Of a DNA stretch of 64,000 bases, positions 9,471 through 16,561 are shown in pieces. The stretch is from the IMG/VR virus record IMGVR_UViG_3300026560_000023. The stretch is one strand, 5' to 3'. Source of the stretch: a virus (Duplodnaviria; Heunggongvirae; Uroviricota; Caudoviricetes). The translations under genes were made by a program, and so were the position numbers. The stretch's first letter is position 1. The number at the start of each line of letters is the position of its first letter. The notes beneath the pieces are model-generated. The model was not told where the DNA came from. It saw nothing but the letters and a program-made list of their open reading frames with translations, and made no database searches.

Positions 9471-9899
9471 TCAGTTCTGATAGACAAAGGTTTCATCATC
9501 TTGGAGGTCAATCGCCTTTTCGGCTTCAAGCTGTTGAAGGTTATCCTGAGTCCTCTCTATCCACTCAATTTCAACAATGCGTTTCGGAGGGAAAAGTTGA
9601 GTGAACCATGCTCCGTCTCCGTAAATGTGTTGTAAAACCCTGTAACCTACTCTCTTACTACTCCCCACATAATACCTGGAACTCGCAGAGTGAGCAGGCC
9701 AGACCCAGTTAGGAATACTTTTACTTTTGCCGAGGCTTGAACCATAAGATTTGGTCTTACCGAGGCTACGTTTGTCACACTCCAGTACATATATCCCTTT
9801 CTTGTTGTGCGTAGGGGAATTCCTATGTTCGTCTACGAGTTCCCCAACCTCCTTCACAGTTAACTTGCTGAAAGTCAGATGCGGTTCAGCTTCTTCCAT
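9471..9899 (-). CDS. Possible GIY-YIG-like nuclease-domain protein
   Basis: 142 aa; KGIYVLEC ... RYYVGSS resembles GIY and YIG elements but with unusually long spacing. Confidence 0.3.
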   Translation of the reverse strand: MEEAEPHLTFSKLTVKEVGELVDEHRNSPTHNKKGIYVLECDKRSLGKTKSYGSSLGKSKSIPNWVWPAHSASSRYYVGSSKRVGYRVLQHIYGDGAWFTQLFPPKRIVEIEWIERTQDNLQQLEAEKAIDLQDDETFVYQN

Positions 9900-10115
9900 G
9901 ATAAGAAGGTTATTCCCGCACCACCATAAATGGAGTAGTTATATTATGGATAAGCGTGAATTAGTAGAAGAATCGTATTCTGGTAGGAGGGGGAGTAGGA
10001 GGATATGGAATTAGTCTATTATATAATATAGTATAAAGGGACAGGTCTATATTATAGTTAAACTGGGACTTTCAATGAGTATCTTTATATTATATCAATA
10101 AGTATCATAGAATGC

Positions 10116-10189
10116 GCCAGTAGAGCATGGGTGGTTCATGTGCTCCACTTGTAATGGAGATTACCGGGGTTCAAATCCCTGTACTGGCT
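10116..10189 (+). tRNA. tRNA-Thr (anticodon TGT)
   Basis: Acceptor GCCAGTA/TACTGGC; anticodon stem CTCCA/TGGAG with loop CTTGTAA; T-arm CGGGG-TTCAAAT-CCCTG. Confidence 0.75.
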
Positions 10190-10227
10190 TAGGTATATTT
10201 ATTATATATGGGACTAATAGATATGAC

Positions 10228-10455
10228 ATGAGTAAGAAAGAGTTTTTTAAAGCTATATCTTTTAGTGGTTCCTCTGTAGGTTCACTCATTTCTGGAACTC
10301 TATTCTTGTTTGGGACGTGGACGTGGGAGACGTCTCCATATATAAGTATATGGACTAAGAACCTTTTAGTGGACAGTATGGGAGTTCTATTTATCATATC
10401 AGGACTTGGACTGATGGCCGTCACTTTGTTAGAATCCTTTGGTGAAGAAGAATGA
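10228..10455 (+). CDS. Small membrane protein
   Basis: Internal ATG downstream of tRNA-Thr (the track ORF 10138 overlaps the tRNA); two hydrophobic helices. Confidence 0.4.
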   Translation: MSKKEFFKAISFSGSSVGSLISGTLFLFGTWTWETSPYISIWTKNLLVDSMGVLFIISGLGLMAVTLLESFGEEE

Positions 10456-10790
10456 AGGTAATAGTTGCTGGGACCCGTACTTACAACGATTTCCAACGAC
10501 TCGGTGAAATCATAGAGCAGTCCCCTTTCGAGTATGATAGTCTCATATGCGGGGGCGCGAATGGAGTAGATTCCATGGCTGTCAGGTACGCTAATCTCAA
10601 CGACGTAGAGATAGAAATAGTAGAAGCAGACTGGGACCTTGGTAATGGAGCCGGTCCTATACGAAATCAAAAGATGGCAAAGAAAGGTGATGCCCTTATC
10701 GCAATATGGGATGGAGAAAGTTCCGGTACGAGGGATATGATAGACAAAGCTCTCGCTGAAGGTCTGTCACTCTACGTCGTTCAGGTGTAG
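10452..10790 (+). CDS. SLOG-superfamily (DUF2493-like) Rossmann-fold protein
   Basis: 112 aa; VIVAGTRTY...ICGGANGVDSMA...AGPIRNQ...IAIWDGESSGT matches the phage-borne SLOG/DUF2493 pattern. Confidence 0.5.
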   Translation: MKVIVAGTRTYNDFQRLGEIIEQSPFEYDSLICGGANGVDSMAVRYANLNDVEIEIVEADWDLGNGAGPIRNQKMAKKGDALIAIWDGESSGTRDMIDKALAEGLSLYVVQV

Positions 10791-10810
10791 TTCGGTATAT
10801 TTATTACATA
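10791..10810 (+). promoter_or_regulatory. Conserved promoter motif TTCGGTATATTTATTACATA (TATA box about 24 nt upstream of the ATG at 10830)
   Basis: Member of the at least 14-copy (A/G)GTC(G/A)GTAT(A/C)TTTATTA family; spacing fits a leaderless mRNA. Confidence 0.5.
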
Positions 10811-10829
10811 CTCCCGAGATGGACAGAGT

Positions 10830-11441
10830 ATGGTAGAAATTGAAAGTCCAGAAGTGAGAGTGCTTCGGAACGGAGATTACCTTGCTATTGATGAGTACGG
10901 CATCCTCTCTGTCCGAGGCGAGGATAAGTTCGATGTTGTCGAGGAATTTTACGAGAAGTTCGATGACCTCGGTCACGGAGAGTATAGGTTCGCTGTTCCC
11001 CACGCTGGAGGAGACGCGGTCATCCTGTACGACGACTCTGACCCCTTCATCATCCTGTCTGACGAAGGAGCTTCCATCCTCTTTGATGGGGACGACGAAT
11101 CTTCCACGTTTGAGAATCCCAGTCCTACTGAGGACTTCTGGGATACTATCATGTATGCCAACAGTTACACGAGTCGATTGGCAGAGTATTATAATCACGC
11201 AGACGCGTATGGCGATGATGTAGCAAACGCCTTCGATACAAATCAGGCCAACCTCCCTCGTAGCCGAGTCCTTCCTGAGTATGAGTCTCGCATTGTCTTT
11301 GAGTTTGCGAGCAGGCTTCTTCGGAATCGTACGGAGCGTCTTAATGCCTATGATGACTTCCCCCGCATGAAGAAGTTCCTTCGGGAGGCTCACATCCAGA
11401 CGAAAGAAGACGTTCCGGAGTACCTTCGAGTGATGGAGTAG
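10830..11441 (+). CDS. Hypothetical acidic protein
   Basis: 203-aa ORF immediately downstream of the promoter motif. Confidence 0.5.
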   Translation: MVEIESPEVRVLRNGDYLAIDEYGILSVRGEDKFDVVEEFYEKFDDLGHGEYRFAVPHAGGDAVILYDDSDPFIILSDEGASILFDGDDESSTFENPSPTEDFWDTIMYANSYTSRLAEYYNHADAYGDDVANAFDTNQANLPRSRVLPEYESRIVFEFASRLLRNRTERLNAYDDFPRMKKFLREAHIQTKEDVPEYLRVME

Positions 11442-11460
11442 TCGGTATATTTATTATATA
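11441..11460 (+). promoter_or_regulatory. Conserved promoter motif GTCGGTATATTTATTATATA driving the tRNA cluster
   Basis: Same motif family; TATA box at 11450-11456. Confidence 0.5.
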
Positions 11461-11490
11461 CCCGATTGTTGAATAGGTGAGAACAAAAGC

Positions 11491-11566
11491 GCTCCGGGAG
11501 TCCCCGCTGGCGAGGGACGCAAGACTTTCAATCTTGAGGTCGCGGGTTCGATTCCCGTCCGGAGTA
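11491..11566 (+). tRNA. tRNA-Glu (anticodon TTC)
   Basis: Acceptor GCTCCGG/CCGGAGT; anticodon stem CAAGA/TCTTG with loop CTTTCAA; T-loop TTCGATT. Confidence 0.7.
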
Positions 11567-11771
11567 CTCCGAGGCTGTCCGTGGCCTCACAACAATGGTA
11601 GGAAACCCGCCGATAATGGGAGGAGGGGGTAACGCCCTGACCGAGGCTGAATGCGCAAGAGTAGACCGTAGACGAAATTGCCGCCGAGGAAAACGCGTGA
11701 CTGAGGTTGACGGCTCCGAAAGTAAGAAACCGTCCGCCGATTAGCCCACGGCGTTAGGAATACGGGCTCTC

Positions 11772-11846
11772 GCTCCCGTAGGGTAGCCCGGCCAATCCTT
11801 CTGCCTTCTCAGGGCAGAGACGTGGGTTCAAATCCCACCGGGAGCA
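11772..11846 (+). tRNA. tRNA-Glu (anticodon CTC)
   Basis: Acceptor GCTCCCG/CGGGAGC; anticodon stem CTGCC/GGCAG with loop TTCTCAG; T-arm GTGGG-TTCAAAT-CCCAC. Confidence 0.7.
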
Positions 11847-11850
11847 TCGT

Positions 11851-11921
11851 GGCATCGTGACAGAGTGGTTACGTGGGTGGCTGCAACCCATCTTACCCCG
11901 GTTCAAATCCGGGCGATGCCT
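11851..11921 (+). tRNA. tRNA-Cys (anticodon GCA), irregular D-arm
   Basis: Perfect acceptor GGCATCG/CGATGCC and T-arm CCCGG-TTCAAAT-CCGGG; anticodon loop CTGCAAC; the D-stem could not be paired cleanly. Confidence 0.55.
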
Positions 11922-11929
11922 TGCGGTTC

Positions 11930-12001
11930 GGGGAGGTAGCTTAACTGGGAAAGCACGGGGCTGAAGACCTCGCGTAGACGGTTCAAGTCCGTCCCTCGCC
12001 C
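11930..12001 (+). tRNA. tRNA-Phe (anticodon GAA)
   Basis: D-arm GCTT/AAGC; anticodon stem CGGGG/CCTCG with loop CTGAAGA; T-arm GACGG-TTCAAGT-CCGTC; one G-G mismatch at 3:70 of the acceptor. Confidence 0.55.
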
Positions 12002-12013
12002 ATGGAGGTAAAT

Positions 12014-12433
12014 ATGACCGAAGAAGAGGAAGAAGTAGAGCAGGAAGTCGTAGAGATTGAGAACGCCCACACCGAGATTTCCACGTCTCACGGAGACACC
12101 CATTTCAAGGACTCGTCCTTGAATTTCCCCGGAGTCGAGGATTACGAGGCAGAGGTGGTCGTCGAGCACGACGAGTTCTGGAGCACCCATGATGACCACC
12201 CGCTGGAGAACCTGGAAGTCGTCCAGGTAGATGTTCGTCACTCCAGCCAGCGTAGTTTCACTACCTCTGATGACGAAGGGACGACTGTCCCCGAGTTCGC
12301 CTCTGGCGTTGCTAATCTCACGCCTGACCAGGCTCGCGAGGTCGCGGAGAACCTGGAAGAGTATGCTGACAAGGTCGAGGAGATGAACAAGGAGCAGGCG
12401 CAGGAAGAAGCGAAAGAGGTCCTGAACGAGTAG
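12014..12433 (+). CDS. Hypothetical highly acidic protein
   Basis: GGAGGT Shine-Dalgarno-like element 5 nt upstream of the ATG at 12014; the track ORF 12002 starts inside the tRNA. Confidence 0.5.
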   Translation: MTEEEEEVEQEVVEIENAHTEISTSHGDTHFKDSSLNFPGVEDYEAEVVVEHDEFWSTHDDHPLENLEVVQVDVRHSSQRSFTTSDDEGTTVPEFASGVANLTPDQAREVAENLEEYADKVEEMNKEQAQEEAKEVLNE

Positions 12434-12472
12434 GTAATTATATAAAGTCGTAGAGTCAATAATCATTTGTGT

Positions 12473-12546
12473 GTCCGGGATGGTCTAAGTGGCTAAGATT
12501 TATCCCTGTGACGGATAAGATACGGTTTCGATTCCCGTTCCCGGAC
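12473..12546 (+). tRNA. tRNA-His (anticodon GTG) with encoded G-1
   Basis: G-1 precedes acceptor TCCGGGA/TCCCGGA; discriminator C; anticodon stem TATCC/GGATA with loop CTGTGAC. Confidence 0.65.
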
Positions 12547-12550
12547 CTAA

Positions 12551-12623
12551 GCGTCGGTAGTGTAGTGGCCTAACACGCGGCCCTTCCAAGGCTGCACCGG
12601 GAGTTCAAATCTCCCCCGATGCA
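12551..12623 (+). tRNA. tRNA-Gly (anticodon TCC)
   Basis: Acceptor GCGTCGG/CCGATGC; D-arm GTGT/ACAC; anticodon loop CTTCCAA; T-arm GGGAG-TTCAAAT-CTCCC. Confidence 0.75.
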
Positions 12624-12625
12624 TT

Positions 12626-12696
12626 TCCAGCGTAGGGTAGTGGTATCCTGACACCCTGACTTGGTGTAGACGAGTGTTCGATTCACTCCGTTGGAA
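12626..12696 (+). tRNA. tRNA-Val (anticodon GAC), tentative
   Basis: Acceptor TCCAGCG/CGTTGGA; anticodon stem ACACC/GGTGT with loop CTGACTT (T at position 37); T-arm GAGTG-TTCGATT-CACTC. Confidence 0.5.
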
Positions 12697-12698
12697 TC

Positions 12699-12772
12699 GG
12701 GGATTTGGGGTAGCCCGGCTATCCTGCTGGATTCCAGACCCAGCGACGGAGGTTCAAATCCTTCAATCCCCA
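12699..12772 (+). tRNA. tRNA-Trp (anticodon CCA), tentative
   Basis: Acceptor GGGGATT/AATCCCC; T-arm GGAGG-TTCAAAT-CCTTC; anticodon loop TTCCAGA closed by a 4-bp stem; irregular D-arm. Confidence 0.5.
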
Positions 12773-13044
12773 TTGGCTGATACTCTCGTTCTCACAAGGT
12801 TTATTGAGGACTTAGACAATTTTACTATAATGTCACGATTGGAACATTTGAAACTCTTAGCAAAGGATACGGCTATTTGGGCAGAGAAACGGGCTCGCAA
12901 GGACGGCAAATCCAAGAGATTCCGGTAGCTTTAATAGCAACCGAGATAGATTGTATAACAAGATGAAGCGGATGCAACGCGGTGAAGTTCTTTTCCAGAG
13001 CCTGTAGAGGCTCGCATTCGTTTACAATATTCGCGACCCATTTC

Positions 13045-13117
13045 AGTCCCGTAGGGTAGTGGCCAATCCTTCGACGCTCTGACCGTCGAGACGCTGGTTC
13101 GAGTCCAGCCGGGACTA
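13045..13117 (+). tRNA. tRNA-Gln (anticodon CTG)
   Basis: Acceptor AGTCCCG/CGGGACT; anticodon stem CGACG/CGTCG with loop CTCTGAC; T-arm GCTGG-TTCGAGT-CCAGC. Confidence 0.7.
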
Positions 13118-13120
13118 TGA

Positions 13121-13196
13121 ACTCCCGGAGTCCCCGTTGGCGAGGGACGGTGGTCTTTGGAACCACAGTTCGCCGGTTCGATTCCGGCCGGGAGGA
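13121..13196 (+). tRNA. tRNA-Gln (anticodon TTG)
   Basis: Anticodon stem GTGGT/ACCAC with loop CTTTGGA; T-arm GCCGG-TTCGATT-CCGGC; A1 opposite G72 mismatch. Confidence 0.6.
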
Positions 13197-13224
13197 TTAT
13201 CTCGTTCTAAGTTAGATATATGAC

Positions 13225-13425
13225 ATGGCTTGTCTATGCGATTCATTATTCTGCCGTGGAATAAGCGACGTTGATGGATGCGACTATGAGTTTACTATGA
13301 TGAGTAAGAAATTCGAGAAGAAATATGGTTGGGGAGACGGGGATACCTTTACCAAATTTTGTGCTGATTGCGAGGCAGTACATGATTTCCGGGAAGCTCC
13401 AATGGACTGCTCCCACGATAAGTAG
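13225..13425 (+). CDS. Small Cys-rich protein
   Basis: 66-aa ORF with several Cys pairs; a later start at 13297 is possible. Confidence 0.3.
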   Translation: MACLCDSLFCRGISDVDGCDYEFTMMSKKFEKKYGWGDGDTFTKFCADCEAVHDFREAPMDCSHDK

Positions 13426-13457
13426 TTTTATCTCTTCTTCATAGGTAAATAGTTGTA

Positions 13458-14066
13458 ATGGAAGGGAGAGCACCTTTCATCACTGTCGAAGGAATCGACG
13501 GTGCTGGGAAATCAACGGCGGTCGGAGCATTGGAAAGTCATTTTGACGACGTCAAAACTACAAAAGAACCGAGCAATCTTTGGACGGGAGAGCAAGTTTA
13601 TAGAGCCATTGGAGGAGATGAAACGCCTCCCCTGACGGACTTTTATCTGTTTATGGCAGACAGAGTTCACCATATAGACAACCTGATTAAACCCGCTCTT
13701 AACGATGGGACTATGGTTGTCTCGGATAGGTTCGCAGACTCTACGCGGGCATATCAGAACACTGCTCTCGGAGAACATATGATGGAGGAGTATGGATATG
13801 AGAGTGAACCTTACATCGAGTCCCTGATGGAGCCATGGAATATGGAACCTGGCCTCACTCTCTTCTTGGACATTTCGGTCGACACCAGTCTGGAAAGATG
13901 TGAGGGAGGAGACAAGTACGAAAAGAGAGAATTCCTCACCGCTGTCCGGTCCAAGTATAAAGAGTTAGAGAATAAGTATGATAGGTTCGTTACTGTAGAC
14001 GCAGAGCGTCCGAAGGACCACGTTTGTGGTGAAGTCATCGGTATCGTTGAAGAGTTGAGAGAATAA
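13458..14066 (+). CDS. tmk: Thymidylate kinase (dTMP kinase)
   Basis: 202 aa; P-loop ITVEGIDGAGKST and DRFADSTRAYQ (DRY/lid region) typical of Tmk. Confidence 0.8.
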   Translation: MEGRAPFITVEGIDGAGKSTAVGALESHFDDVKTTKEPSNLWTGEQVYRAIGGDETPPLTDFYLFMADRVHHIDNLIKPALNDGTMVVSDRFADSTRAYQNTALGEHMMEEYGYESEPYIESLMEPWNMEPGLTLFLDISVDTSLERCEGGDKYEKREFLTAVRSKYKELENKYDRFVTVDAERPKDHVCGEVIGIVEELRE

Positions 14067-14099
14067 CCTTCATTACAACCCCCGTCTATTTTTTTATAC

Positions 14100-14396
14100 A
14101 TGGTAGATGTAGGAACTCTTCGTTTTCGAGACGAAAGAACGAAAACTCATCTGGAATCTGTTTATGGAGGAACGCAGGCGTATTATAACATGGATTCAGA
14201 AGAAATCCTCGTCGCTTCTGTAAATGATTTATCCAATGATTCATACTTACAGGAATTTATTAGACTGTTAAATCACGAGGTTCTTCATTCAATATTGCAC
14301 GAGGAAGTTGGACGGGAAGCATGTGTTCAGCTGGATAATATAGACGACCTTTTTTATTCTCTCACAGACGAAACTTGGAAAATGGATGCAGACTAA
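14100..14396 (+). CDS. Hypothetical protein
   Basis: 98-aa ORF. Confidence 0.4.
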   Translation: MVDVGTLRFRDERTKTHLESVYGGTQAYYNMDSEEILVASVNDLSNDSYLQEFIRLLNHEVLHSILHEEVGREACVQLDNIDDLFYSLTDETWKMDAD

Positions 14397-14413
14397 TCGG
14401 TATATTTAATAAG
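14397..14413 (+). promoter_or_regulatory. Promoter motif TCGGTATATTTAATAAG upstream of initiator tRNA
   Basis: Motif-family member; the TATA box ends 25 nt before the tRNA 5' end. Confidence 0.45.
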
Positions 14414-14435
14414 TACACAATCCAAGAATCGGTGC

Positions 14436-14513
14436 AGCGAGGTGGTCTAGTCTGGTCAAGGACACCGGGCTCATATCCCGTAGAGGCCGGAGGTTCAAAT
14501 CCTCCCTTCGCTA
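14436..14513 (+). tRNA. tRNA-Met, initiator type (anticodon CAT)
   Basis: A1:T72 acceptor pair (AGCGAGG/CTTCGCT), three consecutive G-C pairs in the anticodon stem (CCGGG/CCCGT), anticodon loop CTCATAT. Confidence 0.65.
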
Positions 14514-14516
14514 TGC

Positions 14517-14600
14517 GCGTCCGTATCCAAGCTGGTCAAAGGAGCTGCGCTTAGAACGCAGTGCTTAGTGTCTTCAGAGGTTCAAATCCTCTCGGGCGCA
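14517..14600 (+). tRNA. tRNA-Leu (anticodon TAG)
   Basis: Type II tRNA: 3-bp D-stem, anticodon stem CTGCG/CGCAG with loop CTTAGAA, long variable arm, T-arm AGAGG-TTCAAAT-CCTCT. Confidence 0.7.
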
Positions 14601-14693
14601 TATGCCGGATAAATTTGAAGAAGCAATCGAGTCCATCGCCCGGCAGATGGAGCAGAGAGATTATGAAAATCTCGATGTAGAAAAGTACTTCAA

Positions 14694-14775
14694 GCAGGGT
14701 TGACTGAGTGGCCGAAAGTGCTGGGTCGAGGTCCCAGTGGTTAGTCCTTCACAGGTTCAAATCCTGTACCCTGCA
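14694..14775 (+). tRNA. tRNA-Leu (anticodon GAG) with noncanonical C33
   Basis: Acceptor GCAGGGT/ACCCTGC; anticodon stem CTGGG/CCCAG with loop TCGAGGT; long variable arm; T-arm ACAGG-TTCAAAT-CCTGT. Confidence 0.55.
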
Positions 14776-14786
14776 TACACATCATA

Positions 14787-15077
14787 ATGCATAGGAGATG
14801 TCCAGAATGTGGAACTGAGATACGAGCATATAGAGGTATGAGAATAAGCAATGGACCATCTCCTCCAAAATGGATAGAGCATTATAACGACGACGTTAGA
14901 CATTGTTCAAATCCAGAATGTGAAGGTGTAGCTATTAGCCGTCTAAATCCATTCGCATGGGTCATTTCAAAGATGCTTGGAGAGTCAAAAGAGAGAAAGA
15001 AGAGGATTCAAAAAGCAAAGTCTATCTATAAAGAAAACGATGGAAATATTTATCCAATATGCGAATGGAATGAATAG
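14787..15077 (+). CDS. Zn-ribbon protein
   Basis: 96 aa with CPECG ... CSNPEC Cys pairs. Confidence 0.45.
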   Translation: MHRRCPECGTEIRAYRGMRISNGPSPPKWIEHYNDDVRHCSNPECEGVAISRLNPFAWVISKMLGESKERKKRIQKAKSIYKENDGNIYPICEWNE

Positions 15078-15278
15078 GTATTATTAAATCATAAGTAACC
15101 CATATACTGGTATGGGTGGAGACGATACATACCCAAGCGTGAGAGATGCACTGTTCGATGATGACAAGGTAGCCAATCTTTATTGTGGGATTAAGTGGTT
15201 AATATGGCAAGTTGGTTATCTTATTTTTGGTACTCTGTTGGTGGGATAGAATCAAGTCGAAACTCGATGAGTTCTGAA

Positions 15279-15297
15279 TAGGTATATTTATTATAGA
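15279..15297 (+). promoter_or_regulatory. Promoter motif TAGGTATATTTATTATAGA
   Basis: The TATA box ends 27 nt before tRNA-Leu(TAA). Confidence 0.45.
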
Positions 15298-15319
15298 CAC
15301 TTGAATATATGAGAGTAGC

Positions 15320-15404
15320 AGGTCGGTGTGCCGAGCTTGGCCAAAGGCGGGCGGCTTAAGACCGCTTGGTTAGTCCTTCGCAGGTTCAAATCCTGTCCGG
15401 CCTA
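15320..15404 (+). tRNA. tRNA-Leu (anticodon TAA)
   Basis: Acceptor AGGTCGG/CCGGCCT; anticodon stem GGCGG/CCGCT with loop CTTAAGA; long variable arm. Confidence 0.7.
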
Positions 15405-15407
15405 TAT

Positions 15408-15492
15408 GCCGTGACTGGGCATTGGAGAGCCCACATCCCTGGAAAGGATGCCTCCGTAAAACGAGTTGCAGGTTCGATTCCTGCTCACGGCG
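15408..15492 (+). tRNA. tRNA-Ser (anticodon GGA)
   Basis: Acceptor GCCGTGA/TCACGGC; D-arm GGGC/GCCC; anticodon stem CATCC/GGATG with loop CTGGAAA; long variable arm; T-arm GCAGG-TTCGATT-CCTGC. Confidence 0.75.
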
Positions 15493-15495
15493 TTT

Positions 15496-15569
15496 GCCCA
15501 TATAGCCTAATTGGATAAGGCAATGGCCTTCGAAGCCAGAGATTGCAGGTTCAAGTCCTGCTATGGGCG
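15496..15569 (+). tRNA. tRNA-Arg (anticodon TCG)
   Basis: Acceptor GCCCATA/TATGGGC; D-arm GCCT/AGGC; anticodon loop CTTCGAA; T-arm GCAGG-TTCAAGT-CCTGC. Confidence 0.65.
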
Positions 15570-15572
15570 TGA

Positions 15573-15645
15573 GCGTGTGTAGCTCAGTTGGTAGAGTCCG
15601 CCGCTGATAACGGCGCGGTCGTTGGTTCAAGTCCAATCACACGCA
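15573..15645 (+). tRNA. tRNA-Ile (anticodon GAT)
   Basis: Acceptor GCGTGTG/CACACGC; anticodon stem CGCCG/CGGCG with loop CTGATAA; T-arm GTTGG-TTCAAGT-CCAAT. Confidence 0.75.
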
Positions 15646-15646
15646 T

Positions 15647-15943
15647 ATGGAACGTCTCTCCATTCCAGACGTCGAGTCTATCGGCGTGAAGTATTTTACG
15701 AACGTTGACGGTCCCTCGGTTTCTTGGAAAACTACTAATAAACTCGTAGGTCATAGTGTATCAAGAGACATGATACTATGGGTTAAAACTGAACAAAGAT
15801 GGGGAATGTCGAGTCATCCTGAGCAGATTTATCTGGATTTGGGAGACGACGAGTGGGCTATTGCACAGGTTGTTCGTTATGAGAATATTGATTCCGATGA
15901 CATATATAATTCCAAACTGACTGCTCGCTATATCGGGCGATAG
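15647..15943 (+). CDS. Hypothetical protein
   Basis: 98-aa ORF starting 2 nt after tRNA-Ile. Confidence 0.45.
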   Translation: MERLSIPDVESIGVKYFTNVDGPSVSWKTTNKLVGHSVSRDMILWVKTEQRWGMSSHPEQIYLDLGDDEWAIAQVVRYENIDSDDIYNSKLTARYIGR

Positions 15944-15965
15944 TAGGTAAGTTTATTACATAATA
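15944..15965 (+). promoter_or_regulatory. Promoter motif TAGGTAAGTTTATTACATAATA
   Basis: The TATA box ends 26 nt before tRNA-Arg(TCT). Confidence 0.4.
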
Positions 15966-15983
15966 TCTCGTCTTATAGAATGC

Positions 15984-16058
15984 GCCCTCGTGGCCAAACC
16001 TGGATAAGGCGACTGGCTTCTAACCAGTAGATTGTGTGTTCAAATCGCACCGGGGGCA
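15984..16058 (+). tRNA. tRNA-Arg (anticodon TCT)
   Basis: Acceptor GCCCTCG/CGGGGGC; anticodon stem ACTGG/CCAGT with loop CTTCTAA; T-arm GTGTG-TTCAAAT-CGCAC. Confidence 0.7.
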
Positions 16059-16060
16059 TT

Positions 16061-16294
16061 ATGCTGGCAAAACACGTGGTCTGTGATGGATGTGGGGCAA
16101 AGACGTTGGACGCCACGTTTGATGATGGACCTTATTGTGACGTAGAAGGAGTATTCGATTACAGTCAAATAACAGGACAGGAGATTACAGAGGTCCTCCC
16201 GATAAAGAATACAGACTGGGTTCGCCACGCATTTCCAGACCCCGAAGACGCAGTGGCAATCAATTTTAATGACTATTGCCCTGATTGTAAATGA
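16061..16294 (+). CDS. Zn-ribbon protein
   Basis: ATG at 16061 just after the tRNA; CDGCG ... CPDC Cys pairs (the track ORF 16034 overlaps the tRNA). Confidence 0.45.
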   Translation: MLAKHVVCDGCGAKTLDATFDDGPYCDVEGVFDYSQITGQEITEVLPIKNTDWVRHAFPDPEDAVAINFNDYCPDCK

Positions 16295-16455
16295 AACTCG
16301 AAGCCAAATGTCCTGAGTGCGAAGAGTGGGAGGATGCGAGTGGTTTGAGAGGACTACTCTCTTGGTCATATAACCATGGATTCAAACATACTCGCACATA
16401 CTCGCACTTACGAAGTCTGCGTTTGGCTCCGAAATCAGGTATAGTTATTAAGTAA
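16291..16455 (+). CDS. Small CPEC Zn-ribbon ORF (54 aa, below the track size cutoff)
   Basis: ATGA start-stop overlap with the upstream gene; contains the tandem repeat catactcgca x2. Confidence 0.3.
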   Translation: MKLEAKCPECEEWEDASGLRGLLSWSYNHGFKHTRTYSHLRSLRLAPKSGIVIK

Positions 16456-16478
16456 GAAAGTCAATAGGTAACTGAGGC

Positions 16479-16551
16479 GGGCCCGTAGCTCAATTGGTAG
16501 AGCGCTCTGCTCATAACGGAGTGCGTGTGGGTTCAAGTCCCACCGGGCCCA
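16479..16551 (+). tRNA. tRNA-Met, elongator type (anticodon CAT; could be Ile2 if modified)
   Basis: Acceptor GGGCCCG/CGGGCCC; D-arm GCTC/GAGC; anticodon loop CTCATAA; T-arm GTGGG-TTCAAGT-CCCAC. Confidence 0.7.
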
Positions 16552-16561
16552 TGGAGGTAAA

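Noticed and set aside
12570-13166. ORFs 12570-12773 (-), 12674-12928 (+) and 12873-13166 (-)
   Set aside because: They overlap the tRNA-Gly/Val/Trp and tRNA-Gln genes and read through conserved tRNA stems. Only the last 32 codons of 12674-12928 (from the ATG at 12830) might be a genuine mini-ORF.
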